39,778 bases of DNA. Source: Eubacteriales bacterium (GTDB lineage: Bacteria > Bacillota > Clostridia > Oscillospirales > CAG-272). The stretch is from positions 1-39,778 of the forward strand of contig JAZRJC010000112.1 in the NCBI GenBank assembly GCA_045645605.1, in the 5' to 3' direction. Of this stretch, positions 15,015-25,149 are shown in pieces. The notes under the pieces were generated by a model that made no database searches, was not told where the DNA came from, and worked only from the letters and a program-made list of their open reading frames with translations. How positions within the stretch are numbered: position 1 is the first letter of the stretch; every line of letters starts with the position of its first letter. The position numbers and the translations under genes were made by a program.

Positions 15015-17621
15015 ATGAGTTCAAAAAATACAGGAAAAGGCACAAGGACACCGCAGAAGAAATATTCTGTGAAGCCCTCCGAGAAGAACGGTGCATCACG
15101 CCAAAAAGAGAGTCGGGAGATATCCTCAAGCTCGCTTTTTAATCAGATACTGCCGTATATTCTTTATATAGCGGCGTTTTCATTGGCGCTTTGCTTTTTA
15201 TCTGTTTATGCTCTCAAAAACGACTTTATGGGTCTTTTCGGGAAAGCACTTCAGACGATTTTTTGCGGTGCTTTGGGAAGCGGAGCGTTTTTGCTGCCTG
15301 TTTTGCTCGTTTATCTCGGCATAGTCTGGAGAAGGAGCATTGATGACGGACACACACGCTATAAAATTATTTTTTCCGTTGTCTTGTCGGTTTTAGTGTC
15401 TGCACTCTTTCACGTTTTTGCGATCATTCCGGGCGGGAAGAACGCTGCGGCTTATACGGCTAATCCGATTTCACTCTGGACGGGAGGAACTGAGCTTCTT
15501 TCGGGCGGAGTTGTCGGAGGATATTTGGGCGGACTTTTCTTTGCGGTTTGCAATAAATTTTCGGTTATTCTGCTTTTTGCACTTATTCTCGTTTCGCTTA
15601 TGTTCCTTTTCGGAATGACTCCTGACAATATTGCGATTTACATAAAGTATAAGATGAAAATTCGTCGTGAAAGACGCGAAGAAGAGGAGGCACGAGAGGA
15701 TCACAGCCCCCGATTCACGCCAAAGCGTCCCGAGGATATTGCCGCTTCGGCAGAGCAGAGTGCTTCACGCAGAAAAAAGCGTGTTTTTGACGTTATGGCG
15801 GAAGAAGCAGGCGAGGATACAGATACCCCGACCCCCGAGGATCTTGGCCTTGAATTTACAGACGCAAATCAGATTCCCTACGAGGAGAGTCAAGCGGACG
15901 ATAATACACCGCCGTTTGATTTGGTGGACGCTGAAAATGGCGATTTTGGAGACGATCTTGATTCGATTTTTGCTCCGCAGAATAGCGGTGCGGGCTTGTC
16001 GGAGGAGATGGATACCGACGGTGAGCCGATGCCGATAAGGGCAAGCTCGGACGATGATTTTCTCCGCGTGACGAGTGAGGCAAGAAGCGATATTTCCCCG
16101 ATTGATAAAGCAGTTCCCTTTGGAGAACAGATACGGGCAGAGATCTATCCGCCCATCTCGATACTTAAAGAAGATAAAAGCAACAAAACCGAAAACTTTA
16201 CGGCCGAGCTTCGTCAAACGGCTGAGAAGCTTCAGGAAACGCTTCTCAGCTTTAACGTAAAGACGAAAATCGTAGGCTATTCGCGCGGCCCTACGGTTAC
16301 GAGATACGAGCTTCAGCCTGAGGCCGGCACGCGAGTTCGCTCAATTGCTAATCTTGTTGACGATATCGCGCTTAATCTGGCGGCAACCGGTATCCGAATC
16401 GAAGCGCCTATCCCCGGAAAGAGTGCTGTGGGAATAGAGGTTCCGAACAGAACTGCAAGCACCGTATTTTTGCGTTCTCTTATCGAGAGCCCAAAATTCA
16501 AGGAGGGGCAAAGCAAGATAACCGCTTGTCTCGGTGCTGACGTTGCAGGTGCTCCCGTAATCTTCGACGTTGCAAAAATGCCTCACCTGCTTATTGCGGG
16601 TGCTACCGGTATGGGTAAATCGGTTTGTATCAACAGCATCATCATAAGCCTTCTTTATAAGGCGCTTCCGAAGGACGTAAGGCTTCTTCTTATCGACCCG
16701 AAGAAGGTTGAATTTAACATTTACAAGGATATTCCTCATTTGATAGCGCCCATTGTGTGTGATCCGAAGAAGTCTGCGGGTGCGCTTATCAAGATGGTTG
16801 AGGAAATGGAGCGACGCTTTGCTCTTATTGAGGAGGTCGGAGTCCGAGACCTCAAGTCTTATAATGAGATTACGAAGGACGACCCCGACTATGAGCATCT
16901 GCCTCAGATCGTAATTATTATAGACGAGCTTGCCGACCTTATGATCACGACTCCTCAGGACGTTGAAAATTCTATCTGCCGACTGGCACAGAAGGCGCGT
17001 GCTGCGGGTATGCACATAATTATCGGTACGCAGCGTCCGTCAGTTGACGTTATCACAGGTCTTATCAAGGCAAATATTCCCTCAAGAATCGCGTTCACGG
17101 TGGCATCTCAGGTTGACTCGCGAACGATCATTGATATTGCGGGAGCTGAAAAGCTTATCGGGCGCGGTGATATGCTTTACGCTCCTGTCGGTGCGGCAAA
17201 GCCTATCCGTGTGCAGGGCGCATTCGTCAGCGACTCGGAGGTTGAGGAGGTTTGCGAATTTATAAAGGCGAACACGGGTAAGGCAGAATACGACAGCACT
17301 ATCGTCAGCGGTATTGAGGAGGCGGCGGCAAGGCTTGACGCACCCAAGAAGGGCGGTGGAGCTATGTCGGGCGACCCATCGGCTGATGACGGAGGCGACG
17401 CTATGCTTCGCCCTGCCGTTGAGCTTGCTATCGAGTGCGGAAAGATATCAACGTCCCTTATTCAAAGACGTCTGTCGCTTGGCTACGGACGTGCCGCAAA
17501 GCTTATCGACAAGATGGAGCAGCTCGGCTACGTAAGTCCGCAGGACGGACAAAAGCCGCGCGAAGTTCTTATAACGAAGCAGGCGTATATGGAAATGGTC
17601 GTAAATAACGATATCCAATAA
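15015..17621 (+). CDS. ftsK: DNA translocase FtsK/SpoIIIE
   Basis: N-terminal TM helices are followed by an acidic linker and then the motor domain with Walker A GATGMGKS and IIIDELADLM. A C-terminal winged-helix gamma domain is present (LIQRRLSLGYGRAAKLIDKMEQLGYV). Confidence 0.95.
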   Translation: MSSKNTGKGTRTPQKKYSVKPSEKNGASRQKESREISSSSLFNQILPYILYIAAFSLALCFLSVYALKNDFMGLFGKALQTIFCGALGSGAFLLPVLLVYLGIVWRRSIDDGHTRYKIIFSVVLSVLVSALFHVFAIIPGGKNAAAYTANPISLWTGGTELLSGGVVGGYLGGLFFAVCNKFSVILLFALILVSLMFLFGMTPDNIAIYIKYKMKIRRERREEEEAREDHSPRFTPKRPEDIAASAEQSASRRKKRVFDVMAEEAGEDTDTPTPEDLGLEFTDANQIPYEESQADDNTPPFDLVDAENGDFGDDLDSIFAPQNSGAGLSEEMDTDGEPMPIRASSDDDFLRVTSEARSDISPIDKAVPFGEQIRAEIYPPISILKEDKSNKTENFTAELRQTAEKLQETLLSFNVKTKIVGYSRGPTVTRYELQPEAGTRVRSIANLVDDIALNLAATGIRIEAPIPGKSAVGIEVPNRTASTVFLRSLIESPKFKEGQSKITACLGADVAGAPVIFDVAKMPHLLIAGATGMGKSVCINSIIISLLYKALPKDVRLLLIDPKKVEFNIYKDIPHLIAPIVCDPKKSAGALIKMVEEMERRFALIEEVGVRDLKSYNEITKDDPDYEHLPQIVIIIDELADLMITTPQDVENSICRLAQKARAAGMHIIIGTQRPSVDVITGLIKANIPSRIAFTVASQVDSRTIIDIAGAEKLIGRGDMLYAPVGAAKPIRVQGAFVSDSEVEEVCEFIKANTGKAEYDSTIVSGIEEAAARLDAPKKGGGAMSGDPSADDGGDAMLRPAVELAIECGKISTSLIQRRLSLGYGRAAKLIDKMEQLGYVSPQDGQKPREVLITKQAYMEMVVNNDIQ

Positions 17622-17657
17622 TTGAAAATCAGATTAGAAATCAGGAAGTGAACAACG

Positions 17658-18323
17658 ATGGGAAAATTTATAGTAATAGACGGGCTTGACGGCTCGGGAA
17701 AGGGAACTCAATCCGAGCTTTTGGCAAAAAGACTTGCCGAGGCGGGCAAGCGAGTGCGTCTTCTCTCCTTTCCGATGTACGAGGCGGAAAGCTCTCAGCT
17801 TGTAAAAATGTATCTTGGCGGAGCACTTGGGGACAAGCCCGAGGATACGGGTGCTTACGCTGCGTCCTCCTTTTACGCGATGGACAGATACGTAAGCTAC
17901 CGAACCGATTGGAAAAAGGACATCGACGACCCCGATACCGTAGTTATCGCAAACCGCTTTACAACGGCAAATGCAGTTCACCAGCTATCAAAGCTGCCCG
18001 ACTGTGAGTGGGACTCCTTTCTTACATGGCTCTGGGATTACGAATACGAAAAATTGGGCATTCCGAAGCCTGACACAGTAATATATCTCGAGATGCTTCC
18101 CGAGATTTCGATGAGCCTTGTAAACTCACGCTCTGCCGAAACGGGACAGAAGAAGGATATCCACGAGCTTGACCCGACGCATCTTGAAAAAAGCTACCGT
18201 GCGGCACTTTATTCGTCGGATAAGCTGGGCTGGAGAAGAATCCGCTGCTACGAGGACGGGAAGCCGCTCTCGATCGAGGCTATTGGTGACATTTGTCTCT
18301 CGGCGGCACTCGAAATTCTGTAA
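17658..18323 (+). CDS. tmk: Thymidylate kinase family protein
   Basis: Contains the P-loop IVIDGLDGSGKGTQ, SFPMYEAESSQLVKMYL, FYAMDRY, and a LID-like region VNSRSAETGQKKD. Substrate specificity cannot be established from sequence alone. Confidence 0.65.
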   Translation: MGKFIVIDGLDGSGKGTQSELLAKRLAEAGKRVRLLSFPMYEAESSQLVKMYLGGALGDKPEDTGAYAASSFYAMDRYVSYRTDWKKDIDDPDTVVIANRFTTANAVHQLSKLPDCEWDSFLTWLWDYEYEKLGIPKPDTVIYLEMLPEISMSLVNSRSAETGQKKDIHELDPTHLEKSYRAALYSSDKLGWRRIRCYEDGKPLSIEAIGDICLSAALEIL

Positions 18324-18343
18324 AAAACAAAAGAGGAAAAAAC

Positions 18344-18559
18344 ATGAAATACGACTGCGAATTAACGTTAAAGCTAAACGAAGAATTGATGAAAAAGCTG
18401 CTCATCGTTTCAGAATCGGAGGGCAGAACCCCCAATAATCAGTTTCTCTTTATGCTCCGAAACAATATCGCGTATTACGAGAAAACAAAGGGCAGAATAA
18501 AGCCCGATCAGCTGGCAAAAATCGACGTTTCCGAATATAAATCACAGTCTGATACATAA
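18344..18559 (+). CDS. Small ribbon-helix-helix-like (Arc/CopG-type) protein, 71 aa
   Basis: The ATG at 18344 is preceded by AGAGGA. The pattern ELTLKLNEELMKKLLIVSESEGRTPNNQFLFMLRNNI fits a beta-strand/helix/helix RHH layout. The upstream part of the track ORF (18293..) overlaps the tmk 3' end and was not used. Confidence 0.5.
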   Translation: MKYDCELTLKLNEELMKKLLIVSESEGRTPNNQFLFMLRNNIAYYEKTKGRIKPDQLAKIDVSEYKSQSDT

Positions 18560-18626
18560 AAGGTTGAAAATTACTGATTTTACAGCAAAAAATCGTCAAA
18601 AAAAGCAAAAAAAATCGAAAAGCTTA

Positions 18627-18655
18627 TTTACAAAAACGCTTTTTGGTGATATAAT
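18627..18655 (+). promoter_or_regulatory. Near-consensus sigma-A promoter for PFOR
   Basis: TTTACA (18627..18632), a 17-nt spacer, then TATAAT (18650..18655). This implies a 5' UTR of about 85 nt ending in AGGAGG. Confidence 0.7.
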
Positions 18656-18746
18656 GTATGGTTGAGTGGAGAAGCGAAAATATCGCGTTTCCCCTCAAAA
18701 CGTCGTTGACTAAAAAAATTTATATAAACTTAGGAGGATTTTACCT

Positions 18747-21700
18747 ATGGCAAAATTAGTCAGAAAAAAGCAGTCCATGGACGGTAATACAGCTGCTGCT
18801 ACAGTCAGCTATGCGTTTACCGAGGTTGCTGCAATCTATCCGATTACTCCTTCCAGTGTAATGGCTGAGCTTACAGACTCTTGGTCTGCAACAGGCCTCA
18901 AGAACATTATGGGCGAAGAAGTAAAGGTTATGGAAATGCAGTCCGAGGCAGGTGCTGCAGGTACCGTTCACGGTTCTCTTGCATCAGGTGCTCTCACAAC
19001 AACCTACACAGCATCACAGGGTCTTCTCTTGATGATCCCCAATATGTACAAGATCGCAGGCGAGCTTCTCCCTTGCGTTATCCACGTTTCAGCACGTTGT
19101 GTAGCTTCTCACGCACTTAACATTTTCGGAGACCACTCCGACGTTTATGCTTGCCGTCAGACAGGCTTTGCTATGCTTGCTGAATCTAACCCTCAGGAGG
19201 TTATGGACCTTGGTGCCGTTGCGCACCTTGCAACAATTAAGGGCAGAGTTCCTTTCCTCAACTTCTTCCACGGCTTCCGTACGTCTCACGAGATTCAGAA
19301 GATCGAGGTTTGGGACTACGATACACTTAATGAAATGGTTGATAAGGACGCTATCGCTGAATTCCGCGCACGTTCTCTCAATCCTGCTCATCCTATGCTC
19401 CGCGGCTCTGCCGAAAACGGAGATATCTTCTTCCAGCACAGAGAGGCTTGTAACGAATATTACAACGCACTACCCGCAATCGTTGAAGATTACATGAAGA
19501 AGGTTAACAAGAAGATCGGTACAAACTACCAGCTCTTCAATTACTACGGACATCCCGAGGCTGAAAACGTTATTATCGCTATGGGCTCTATCTGTGACGT
19601 TGCTGAAGAGGTTATCGACTACCTCGTATCAAAGGGCAAGAAGGTTGGTCTTATCAAGGTTCGTCTTTACAGACCCTTCTGTGCAGACAAGCTTGCAAAG
19701 GCTCTTCCAAAGACTGTTAAGAACATCGCTGTTCTCGACAGAACAAAGGAACCCGGCTCTCTCGGTGAGCCTCTCTACCTTGACGTTGTTACAGCTCTTG
19801 CTGAACAGGGAGTAAAGGCGAATATCGTTGGCGGACGTTACGGTCTCGGTTCAAAGGATACTCCTCCCTCCTCTATCTTCGCTGTATATGACAACCTCGC
19901 AAAGAAGTGCCCCAAGAATCACTTCACAATCGGTATCGAGGACGACGTTACAGGCACGTCTCTTAAAGAAAAGGCTGTTCCGGATACAGCTGCAAAGGGA
20001 ACTATCGCTTGTAAGTTCTGGGGTCTTGGCGGTGACGGTACCGTTGGTGCTAACAAGAACTCCATAAAGATTATCGGTGACCACACAGATAAGTTCATTC
20101 AGGCATACTTCCAGTATGACTCAAAGAAGACATCGGGTATCACAATTTCCCACCTCCGTTTCGGTGATAAGGAAATCAAGTCCCCCTACTATATCAACAA
20201 GGCAGACTTCGTTGCTTGCCACAACTCCGCATACCTCAAGAAGTACGATATGATCTCGGACGTTAAGCCCGGCGGAACATTCCTTCTCGACTGTGCTTGG
20301 AGTGTTGACGAGCTCGACGCTCACCTTCCCAACAAGGTAAAATCCTACATCGCTAACAACAACGTTAAGTTTATAATTATCGACGCTACAACTATCGCTA
20401 CAAAGAAGATCGGTAATGCAAAGGTTAAGAACACAGTTCTTCAGTCTGCATTCTTCTCTCTTGCAAACATCCTTCCGAAGGACGAAGCAATCGAATACAT
20501 GAAGAAGGCTGCTTATAAGTCCTACATAAAGAAGGGACAGGCTATTGTTGATCTCAACTATGCCGCAATCGACGCAGGCTCTGACGCTTACGTTGAGGTT
20601 AAGGTTCCTGCAGCTTGGAAGAATTGCGGGGAGGATGCTCCTGCAGCAGAATACAAGAGTCCTCGCGCAGACCTTAACAAGTTCGTAAACACAGTAGTTA
20701 ATCCCGTTAATGCAATGGCAGGCGACAAGCTTCCCGTTTCTGCATTCAAGGATTACGTTGACGGTACCTTCCCTCAGGGCTCAACAGCTTCCGAAAAGAG
20801 AGGCGTTGCAGTATCCGTTCCCGCATGGTATCCTGAGAACTGTATCCAGTGTAACAACTGTGCATTCGTATGTCCTCACGCAGCAATCCGTCCCTTCGCT
20901 ATGACAGCAGAGGAAGCAAAGAACGCTCCGAAGGCTACGAAGTTCACAGAAAAGCCTGTTATCAAGACAGACTATAAGTTCACAATGGCAATTTCTCCCG
21001 CTGACTGTATGGGCTGTACGCTTTGCGTTAAGGCTTGTCCCGTAACTGCAAAGGCAATAAAGGACGGCACAGACAAGAAGGCTATCGAGATGGTTCCCGC
21101 AGCAACTCAGGCAGACCAGCAGGCGCCTTGGGACTACGCTGTTGCAAAGGTTTCCGAAAAGAAGGAACTCATCAATACAACAGTTAAGGGCTCACAGTTC
21201 AAGCAGCCGCTTCTCGAATTCTCAGGTTCTTGCGCAGGCTGTGCAGAAACGTCATATGCTCGTCTTATCACACAGCTCTTCGGTGAGAGAATGTATATCT
21301 CTAACGCAACAGGATGTTCTTCAATTTGGGGTGGCTCTGCTCCCGCAACTCCTTATACAGTAAATAAGGAAAGCGGCCGCGGTCCTGCTTGGGCTAACTC
21401 ACTCTTCGAGGATAACGCTGAGCACGGTCTCGGTATGGCTCTTGGTCAGAAGACGATCCGTGAAAAGCTTATCTCAAAGGTTGCAGCTATGGCTGAATCC
21501 GAAAAGGCATCCGACGCATTCAAGGCTGCTGCAAAGGCATTCCTTGATACAAAGGACGACGGCAAGGCAAACGCTGACGCTACAGACGCTCTTATCGTTG
21601 AGCTTGAAAAGGCTGCAGCAGCAGGCTGTCCTACAGCTCCCGCAATCCTTGCTGAAAAGGATTACCTTGCAAAGAAGTCTGTTTGGATCTTCGGTGGTGA

Positions 21701-22340
21701 CGGATGGGCATACGATATCGGCTTCGGCGGTCTCGACCACGTTATCGCAACAGGTGAGGACGTAAACATCATGGTATTCGATACAGAGGTTTACTCCAAC
21801 ACAGGTGGACAGGCATCAAAGGCTTCCAACATCGGTCAGGTTGCACAGTTCGCAGCTGCAGGTAAGGCAATCGGCAAGAAGAACCTTGCAGAGATCGCTA
21901 TGTCCTACGGTTACGTTTACGTAGCACAGATCGCTATGGGTGCTGATATGAACCAGACACTCAAGGCTATGACTGAGGCTGAGGCATATCCCGGACCTTC
22001 AATCATTATCGGCTATGCTCCTTGTGAAATGCACGGTATTAAGGGTACTATGGCTAACTGCCAGCTCGAAATGAAGAGAGCGGTTGACGCAGGATATTGG
22101 AATATGTTCCGTTACAACCCTGCACTCAAGGCAGAGGGCAAGAACCCCTTGACAATCGACTCCAAGCCTGCAACAGCAGACTATAAGGAATTTATCACAA
22201 GCGAAACTCGTTACAGCCGTCTTGCACAGCAGTTCCCCGAGAGAGCAGAAAAGCTCTTTGCAGAGGCAGAAGCTGCAGCTAAGGCTAAGTACGAAAGACT
22301 TCAGAAGATGGGCAAGCTTTATGCTCCTGATGAAGACTGA
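18747..22340 (+). CDS. nifJ: Pyruvate:ferredoxin (flavodoxin) oxidoreductase, single-polypeptide type
   Basis: A 1197-aa protein. It begins MDGNTAAATVSYAFTEVAAIYPITPSS and carries two ferredoxin-type Cys clusters (CIQCNNCAFVCPH and CMGCTLCVKACP). The TPP-binding region contains GGDGWAYDIGFGGLDH. Confidence 0.97.
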   Translation: MAKLVRKKQSMDGNTAAATVSYAFTEVAAIYPITPSSVMAELTDSWSATGLKNIMGEEVKVMEMQSEAGAAGTVHGSLASGALTTTYTASQGLLLMIPNMYKIAGELLPCVIHVSARCVASHALNIFGDHSDVYACRQTGFAMLAESNPQEVMDLGAVAHLATIKGRVPFLNFFHGFRTSHEIQKIEVWDYDTLNEMVDKDAIAEFRARSLNPAHPMLRGSAENGDIFFQHREACNEYYNALPAIVEDYMKKVNKKIGTNYQLFNYYGHPEAENVIIAMGSICDVAEEVIDYLVSKGKKVGLIKVRLYRPFCADKLAKALPKTVKNIAVLDRTKEPGSLGEPLYLDVVTALAEQGVKANIVGGRYGLGSKDTPPSSIFAVYDNLAKKCPKNHFTIGIEDDVTGTSLKEKAVPDTAAKGTIACKFWGLGGDGTVGANKNSIKIIGDHTDKFIQAYFQYDSKKTSGITISHLRFGDKEIKSPYYINKADFVACHNSAYLKKYDMISDVKPGGTFLLDCAWSVDELDAHLPNKVKSYIANNNVKFIIIDATTIATKKIGNAKVKNTVLQSAFFSLANILPKDEAIEYMKKAAYKSYIKKGQAIVDLNYAAIDAGSDAYVEVKVPAAWKNCGEDAPAAEYKSPRADLNKFVNTVVNPVNAMAGDKLPVSAFKDYVDGTFPQGSTASEKRGVAVSVPAWYPENCIQCNNCAFVCPHAAIRPFAMTAEEAKNAPKATKFTEKPVIKTDYKFTMAISPADCMGCTLCVKACPVTAKAIKDGTDKKAIEMVPAATQADQQAPWDYAVAKVSEKKELINTTVKGSQFKQPLLEFSGSCAGCAETSYARLITQLFGERMYISNATGCSSIWGGSAPATPYTVNKESGRGPAWANSLFEDNAEHGLGMALGQKTIREKLISKVAAMAESEKASDAFKAAAKAFLDTKDDGKANADATDALIVELEKAAAAGCPTAPAILAEKDYLAKKSVWIFGGDGWAYDIGFGGLDHVIATGEDVNIMVFDTEVYSNTGGQASKASNIGQVAQFAAAGKAIGKKNLAEIAMSYGYVYVAQIAMGADMNQTLKAMTEAEAYPGPSIIIGYAPCEMHGIKGTMANCQLEMKRAVDAGYWNMFRYNPALKAEGKNPLTIDSKPATADYKEFITSETRYSRLAQQFPERAEKLFAEAEAAAKAKYERLQKMGKLYAPDED

Positions 22341-22368
22341 AATTTCATTTCAGTAATTAACGTTTAAT

Positions 22369-22400
22369 AAAAAGGCAGTGCCACTGGCACTGCCTTTTTT
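22369..22400. terminator. Bidirectional intrinsic terminator between PFOR (+) and mrdA (-)
   Basis: GGCAGTGCC (22374..22382) pairs with GGCACTGCC (22386..22394). The stem is flanked by AAAAA upstream and TTTTTT downstream. Confidence 0.8.
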
Positions 22401-22416
22401 GACGTTATTTATTTTA

Positions 22417-24534
22417 TCAATCAACAACCTTATAATCGCCGAGCTTGAAATAGTAATCGAAAACAGTTTTTACCGAGCGGCCGGCGTCAGTACCCGAATT
22501 TCCCTGCTCAATGACAGAGGTACAAACTATCTGCGGGTCGTCGTAGGGAGCAAAGGCTGTGAAGATAGCGTTATCGCTCTTCTTTTTGCTTACCTGTGCC
22601 GTACCCGTCTTTCCTCCGATAGTTATCGGATAATTTCTGAAAACGCTTGCGGCAGAGCCGTTCTCTGTAACGTTTTTCATCGCCAAAAGAATTGTTTTAT
22701 AGGTCGATTCGCTTATCTCGATATGACTAAGCTCGTTTGTCTCATATTCATAAACAAGCTCGTTTGTATAAAATTTTCTCACGCTGTCAAGAAGGTGAAC
22801 GCTGTTTCTCGTTCCGCCGTTCACAAGCATAGCGATATAAGAGCTTATCTGCGTTGGGGTGAAAAGATTGTCCGACTGACCGATAGCGGCCTGAAGCGTG
22901 TCACCCGGATACCATTCGCTGTATCCGTACTCGGCTCTGAAATCAGGCCCTGCCAAAAATCCGACGTATTCGGGAAGCTCAATTCCGGTAGGCTGACCAA
23001 GACCGTAAAGATTGCAGTAATTATTCATCGTCTCAATAGTCAACCGACGGCCGACGTCATAGAAGAAATAGTTGCAGGACTCCTGAATTGCCTCAATTAC
23101 GTTTATCGTGCCGTGCGTTCTGCCCTTTTGGAGATAGATCCAGCAACGCGGGCCGTTCTCGTCGTAATAGGTGTATCTTCCCTTATCGGTGATAGTTGTG
23201 TGCGGGGTTATTATACCCTCCTCAAGCGCCGCAACGGCAACGCCAACCTTGAAGGTCGAGCCGGGCTGATACAAGCCGTAGAGCGCGCGGTTGAGAAGAG
23301 GTGTTGTTTCGTCCTCAAGCATTGAAGCGTAGGTTTCGCTAAAGAGTGAGAGGTCGTAGGTGGGATAGGACACCATAGCGTAAACCGCCCCCGTTTTTGC
23401 GTCGATGGCGGTAATTGCCCCTGCCGACGCATCCTCTCCGTCAAGAGCACCCGCTCTTGAATGTGCTTTATCAACAATATATTGTATATTGTCACGCAGA
23501 GCGTCCTCTGCCGCAATCTGCATTCCGATGTCAATAGTTAACCAAACGTCGTCACCGCTGATAGGCTCGGTTAGTATTTTACGGTCGATAATATTGCCGT
23601 AAAGATCCTCAACGATGAGCATAGTTCCGTCAGTTCCGTGAAGATAATCCTCAAAAGCCTTCTCGCAGCCCGACGTTCCGACTATAGCATTCATCTTATA
23701 TCCCTTTTCGCTATAGTAATCAAGGTCCTCGGCATAGATTTGACCAACTCTGCCCAAAATATGCGAGGCATAGCCGGGATATTCGTAATTTCTCGTTACG
23801 CTTTCAAGAAAAGCGACTCCGCGTATCTCGCGCTCCTTTAAGTAGGTGATGAGAGAAATATCAACGTCGGTGGCAAATACGTACGGCTCAGCCACGCTGA
23901 ATTTAGAGAGATCCATATCGAAGCGAACTCTTATAAGCTCGGTTATTTCCTTGTTTGAGAAGAGCGAGTCGCCCTCCGAGTCCTCTACACGCAAGTCGTA
24001 TCGGCTGACGTAATATTCGGCAAGCTCCTTTGCTGAAATATCCTCGGGAAGCTCAAGTGCTTTGAGGGTTGCCTTGAATTTTTTTGAAAAAGACGCATCC
24101 GAGGTACATCTGTCGCTGTATTTGAGAACGGGATATTCTCCGATAAAGGGTGATTCTATCTGCTTTTGCTTATTTGCGTTTCCCGTTTTCTCTATTGCGG
24201 AAATGACCTCAAGAATAGTTTTGTTTGGGTTTTCCTTTGTTGATATAAAGGAGCCGTAGTCAAAATAAAGCTCGTATGTGTATGAATTTGTGACGAGAGG
24301 ATTTCCGTTTCTGTCGAAAATCTCCCCTCTTTGTGCTTTGATAGTAACAGTTCTTTTATAGGTTGGAACAGAATAGGTCGTATACTTATCTCTGCCCGTT
24401 ATCTGTATATTTACAAGCCTCGTTACATAATAAACGATAACTACGAAGAAGAAGAGCGCTATCGCCGCAACTCTTATCGGATGTGAGGTTTTCTTGATTT
24501 TTTCCTTCGAGCCTTTTCCTCGATATTTTCGCAT
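22417..24534 (-). CDS. mrdA: Penicillin-binding protein 2 (class B transpeptidase)
   Basis: An N-terminal TM anchor is followed by a PBP dimerisation domain. The transpeptidase motifs are present: STFK (QPGSTFKV), SCN (QESCNYFF) and KTGTA (GGKTGTAQV). The gene follows mreBCD. Confidence 0.85.
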   Translation of the reverse strand: MRKYRGKGSKEKIKKTSHPIRVAAIALFFFVVIVYYVTRLVNIQITGRDKYTTYSVPTYKRTVTIKAQRGEIFDRNGNPLVTNSYTYELYFDYGSFISTKENPNKTILEVISAIEKTGNANKQKQIESPFIGEYPVLKYSDRCTSDASFSKKFKATLKALELPEDISAKELAEYYVSRYDLRVEDSEGDSLFSNKEITELIRVRFDMDLSKFSVAEPYVFATDVDISLITYLKEREIRGVAFLESVTRNYEYPGYASHILGRVGQIYAEDLDYYSEKGYKMNAIVGTSGCEKAFEDYLHGTDGTMLIVEDLYGNIIDRKILTEPISGDDVWLTIDIGMQIAAEDALRDNIQYIVDKAHSRAGALDGEDASAGAITAIDAKTGAVYAMVSYPTYDLSLFSETYASMLEDETTPLLNRALYGLYQPGSTFKVGVAVAALEEGIITPHTTITDKGRYTYYDENGPRCWIYLQKGRTHGTINVIEAIQESCNYFFYDVGRRLTIETMNNYCNLYGLGQPTGIELPEYVGFLAGPDFRAEYGYSEWYPGDTLQAAIGQSDNLFTPTQISSYIAMLVNGGTRNSVHLLDSVRKFYTNELVYEYETNELSHIEISESTYKTILLAMKNVTENGSAASVFRNYPITIGGKTGTAQVSKKKSDNAIFTAFAPYDDPQIVCTSVIEQGNSGTDAGRSVKTVFDYYFKLGDYKVVD

Positions 24535-24579
24535 AGCGACAGGTCGCCTCCTTTCATTGTTGCTTGTTGGTTTTCTTAA

Positions 24580-25131
24580 TCAGGTTACGCTTTCTCTTGC
24601 GTCGAAGAATTTGCGCCAAAGCGCACGGATAACAAAATACATAGGTATCGACATAATTAGAGATGAAAAATATTGTGGGATCATAACACCAAAAAGGATA
24701 TCCGAGAAGCCTGCGTCAAGCGTTTTGAGAGTTATAAGTCCGCAAATCATCGAGGTTATCGAATGAACGGAGAGAGAGACAGCCGTAGCGGAGAGCCAGG
24801 AGATAAACTCGCGGCGGAGTATTGAATAGGAGAGGAGCGCGGATATACAGCCGCAAGCCATATAAACTACGGGGGATAGCGAGAGCCAGCCTCCACCGAG
24901 AGCGTCTATTATGACGCCTCCCATAATGCCTGCAATAGTGCCGGTTCGCTCCTTGTCAAAAATTCCGATAGCTACGACCGTCGGCAAAACGATTTCGGGA
25001 ACAGCCCCGAAAAGTCGGTATCTTGACAGAAGGCTGGTTTGAATAACGGCGCAAAGAAAGAGAACGAGACACCAAAAAGCAGACTTTTTGGCAACCGCCT
25101 GCCAAGAAACGTGAGTTACCTGATTATTCAT
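24580..25131 (-). CDS. mreD: Rod shape-determining protein MreD
   Basis: A 183-aa polytopic membrane protein located directly after mreC. The N-terminal region AFWCLVLFLCAVIQTSLLSRYRLFGAVPEIVLPTVVAIG is MreD-like. Confidence 0.8.
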   Translation of the reverse strand: MNNQVTHVSWQAVAKKSAFWCLVLFLCAVIQTSLLSRYRLFGAVPEIVLPTVVAIGIFDKERTGTIAGIMGGVIIDALGGGWLSLSPVVYMACGCISALLSYSILRREFISWLSATAVSLSVHSITSMICGLITLKTLDAGFSDILFGVMIPQYFSSLIMSIPMYFVIRALWRKFFDARESVT

Positions 25132-25149
25132 TAGCCCTCCTATCCGATT

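Noticed and set aside
14872-15129. An 85-aa minus-strand ORF spanning the TauE/ftsK divergent promoter region
   Set aside because: It overlaps the ftsK start and promoter, has no SD, and is AT-rich with low complexity. It is most likely non-coding.
16341-17015. A 224-aa minus-strand ORF, and other small ORFs at 15418..16516
   Set aside because: They lie antisense or out of frame within the ftsK motor domain and linker. They have no RBS and no recognisable motifs.
22378-23325. A 315-aa ORF on the + strand
   Set aside because: It lies entirely antisense to the well-supported PBP2 gene (SxxK/SCN/KTG motifs on the minus strand). It has no RBS and its composition is low-complexity and Cys/Arg-rich, typical of antisense frames.
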